A DNA stretch of 64,000 nt from Bugula neritina (Eukaryota; Animalia; Bryozoa), in assembly GCA_964035545.1 (NCBI GenBank), contig OZ037768.1, positions 13,773,675 through 13,837,674 on the forward strand, read 5' to 3'. The position numbers and the translations under genes were made by a program. Under the pieces are notes generated by a model. It ran no database searches. It saw nothing but the letters and a program-made list of their open reading frames with translations, and was not told where the DNA came from. Shown here piece by piece: positions 61,464 through 64,000 of this stretch; position 1 is the stretch's first letter, and the number at the start of each line of letters is the position of its first letter.

Positions 61464-62422
61464 CTATTATATTTTTTGAAAATATATAAATATTTAATAT
61501 TTAAAATTGATAATGAATATTAGTGTTAGTATGGCACTTACAGTATTACTATTAGTATTAGTATTACTTACTATTAGTATTAGTATAACTATTATAATAC
61601 TAATAGTAATAATAATATTAATATTTAATATAAAGTTAAATTAAAATATATCACTATGAGTATGTTTTAGTGATTTAAGTTTAACTATAAGTAATAGTGA
61701 TACATTGCCGTTGCGATTCTCATTCACGTGTTGTCAGTCATTGTGGTTGTCACAAAATAAATAAAAAATATAATGATACAGTAATATAACAATCACAATG
61801 ACTGTGACTTTTATATATTAATATTTTTTTATTTATATCATCAATATTTAATATATAATATGAATAATAATTATTATATCTTTTAAATATTATAATCATA
61901 ATCGTAAATTGTAGTGATTATTGAATGTTCATTTAATCTTATTGCAATTAACTAATAATAAATATAATAAATAAGTAATAATCATTATTCATTAAACTTG
62001 AAGTAATTAAATTGAATTGAATTCAACATTAACTCAAAATTGTTTTAATTTACTTACACTTATAAGTTATAATTATACATTCATTTATACAATAATAATT
62101 CAAATTTATAGTTAGACTACGACTCGAAATTTTAAATTTTGATATTAATATTTATTTTATTTAATTCATTTAAGCTTAGGGTGGATAATTATATTTATCA
62201 TGTTAAAAATTATTAACTTTAGTTATATTTAATATGCTAAATTATTTTAATCAATCATAGGTGTAACTGTCAATAATTAAATATTAAAATTATATTAATT
62301 AGTAGTACTAATAAGACTAATCGTTGTTATAATTTAACAATTACTAAAATTCATTATGTGTTATTATAATGTGTATCACTATGACTATGGTTTTTAATTC
62401 TTTTATTTCGTAACAATTAGAT

Positions 62423-62909
62423 GGTGTCATCCCAGATAGATGCTTCCCACTTAGACGCTATTTATTTATTTTAGTACAATATAATTATATGTATTTTATG
62501 TGCAATTTATTTGAATATTATTGAAATATATGTAAATTTAAATAAACTTGAATCAATTGTTTGCTAAAAACATAAATAAATTCCTTTGATCTGCATTAAC
62601 TTATTAATTCTGCATTCTCTAACTTCTTGCTGTTTGAAAAAGTAATAGTTCAATAAGAAGTATTCATTGAATATGCCTTATTAATGTATTTCTGTTTTTT
62701 TTATTCAACATAAATTCGTGTAAATTGGAATATTATTCCAGATAATTCATATTAACTATTATTTCATGTTTAGCAATCAATACAACAGTTATATAGATAT
62801 ACATAGGTATATAACTATATATAATATGGTACCAAAATAAAAATCGTCCAAGTGGGAAGCGTCTAAGTGAGAAGCGTCTAAGTGAGAAGCATCTATCTGG
62901 GACAAAACC
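62423..62909. mobile_element. MITE-like element with about 37-bp inverted ends and 15-bp subterminal repeats (superfamily uncertain: Merlin or MULE-like)
   Basis: Left end GGTGTCATCCCAGATAGATGCTTCCCACTTAGACGCT; right end (reverse complement) GGTTTTGTCCCAGATAGATGCTTCTCACTTAGACGCT. Flanks are AATTAGAT and AATTAAAT. About 3 copies of AAGCGTCTAAGTGAG lie inside the right end. Confidence 0.75.
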
Positions 62910-63429
62910 AATTAAATAACCATAGGCTAATATTTGCATGGTTTTGACAAACCTTAGACGACTTTAAGAATTAATATAAGTACTAAAATTGATCATTGTA
63001 ATATTAGTACTTTTATTTTCGTTATTCTATCATGTGCATGCAATAACTGTAAGTTATGCTAATGATAATGATTTGGGATCTTTGGTTAGAGCTACTTTTG
63101 TGAGAGGTTCAGGCTTTTGCGATGTTTTAACTGGTTTAAATATTAAGCCAGCAAACTTCTTTTGGTAGATTTCTTATTTCCAATGCCCATTTCTTTCGGT
63201 TCCTGTTAAACTTTAGATTTTCGGAATCACCTATTACCCTTCTTGCTATGGAGCTGACTGACTTCCTTGAACTGCTTTACTCAAATATGTTGTTTCTTTA
63301 CTTTGCTCTTTGCCTCTTATTCTCCCTTCTCCTCATACAACTATATCAAGTGCCATGAGGCATAAGCTGTGGTCCAAATTCATATCTGTCATTGCCAAAA
63401 TGTTATATGGCTGCTTTGCCTGTTTCATA

Positions 63430-63670
63430 TGGTGCGATAATCCTAGAATTTATATTTCATGTTTTTAAATCTTCTGTTCTATCGAAGGACTTTGTGATGT
63501 CCGCCTAAATTTTTTATCAGCAATGGATTGTTGTGCTGGTAGTATTTTTGCATAATTGTTATAATTTGTTTGGTGATACAGTGTTGGCTCAGCTATTTGC
63601 CTTGAAGTCACTTTTTTATTATAACTTACTCTAAGGCACTCAGAGTTCTTCTGTATCTAGTCTGACTGAA
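63430..63670 (-). pseudogene. Highly eroded non-LTR (LINE) reverse transcriptase relic
   Basis: Minus-strand pieces in shifting frames read DFKANS, ITIMQKYYQHNNPLLI and ADITKSFDR (63504-63478), resembling the GFR..RS / EK..E / F.D..KAFD motifs of LINE RT. Confidence 0.45.
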
Positions 63671-64000
63671 GGCTCACTTGTCCTAGTTTTATCAATCTCT
63701 TCCCAAACTACACCAAGGACCTCATGAAGTGATTAGACTTGATTGAAGTGATTAGCGTGTAGATAGATACTCTGGGGCAACAAGATTAGTTACCACGTGA
63801 CTCATATGCCAAAGCATGCAATGAACTATAAGAAAAATGTTTCAACAGCATATATTTAACTGCTAATTTATTTGTTTGAGCACGAATTCTAAACATTTTC
63901 AACGAAAAGCACATGTTTTTGTACTAATGCTAACGAATTTAATGGCATTATACTGTAGGAATGTAAATATTCAGACTCAAATAAATCTCCCAAGTGAAAT

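Overview
AT-rich invertebrate genomic DNA, most likely a lophotrochozoan; the species cannot be determined from sequence. It has three main components. (1) A + strand, 5'-incomplete twitchin/unc-22-type giant kinase gene (about 445-42848, roughly 60 exons). Hand-splicing gives Ig4-(IgFn2)2-IgFn3-IgFn2-IgFn3-Ig2Fn2-Ig2Fn-kinase-Ig2-tail, the 15-FnIII layout I recall for Mytilus catch-muscle twitchin. It keeps a D1-like PKA site (RRSSLAD|VIPDWP) across an exon junction and lacks a D2-type site. It has several cassette or micro-exons, and ends in a Ser/Arg/Gly tail with an RVxF-like motif instead of the last two Ig domains. (2) A complete GPATCH1 gene on the - strand (43233-51829), tail-to-tail with twitchin. 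(3) A full-length, young Ty3/Gypsy LTR retrotransposon on the - strand (54011-61463). It has 306-bp LTRs differing at one base, a CTAT target duplication, a tRNA-Leu primer site, a -1 frameshift signal, a decayed Gag zinc knuckle and a pol broken by three lesions. It also carries an intact, non-env third ORF encoding an acidic region, two zinc fingers, a PxVxL motif and a coiled coil; this is the best candidate for an undescribed system. Introns and flanks hold a tRNA-derived SINE family, three MITE-like elements, several minisatellites (one amplifies a splice donor) and a LINE RT relic. All exon coordinates were read by eye and may be off by a base or two.
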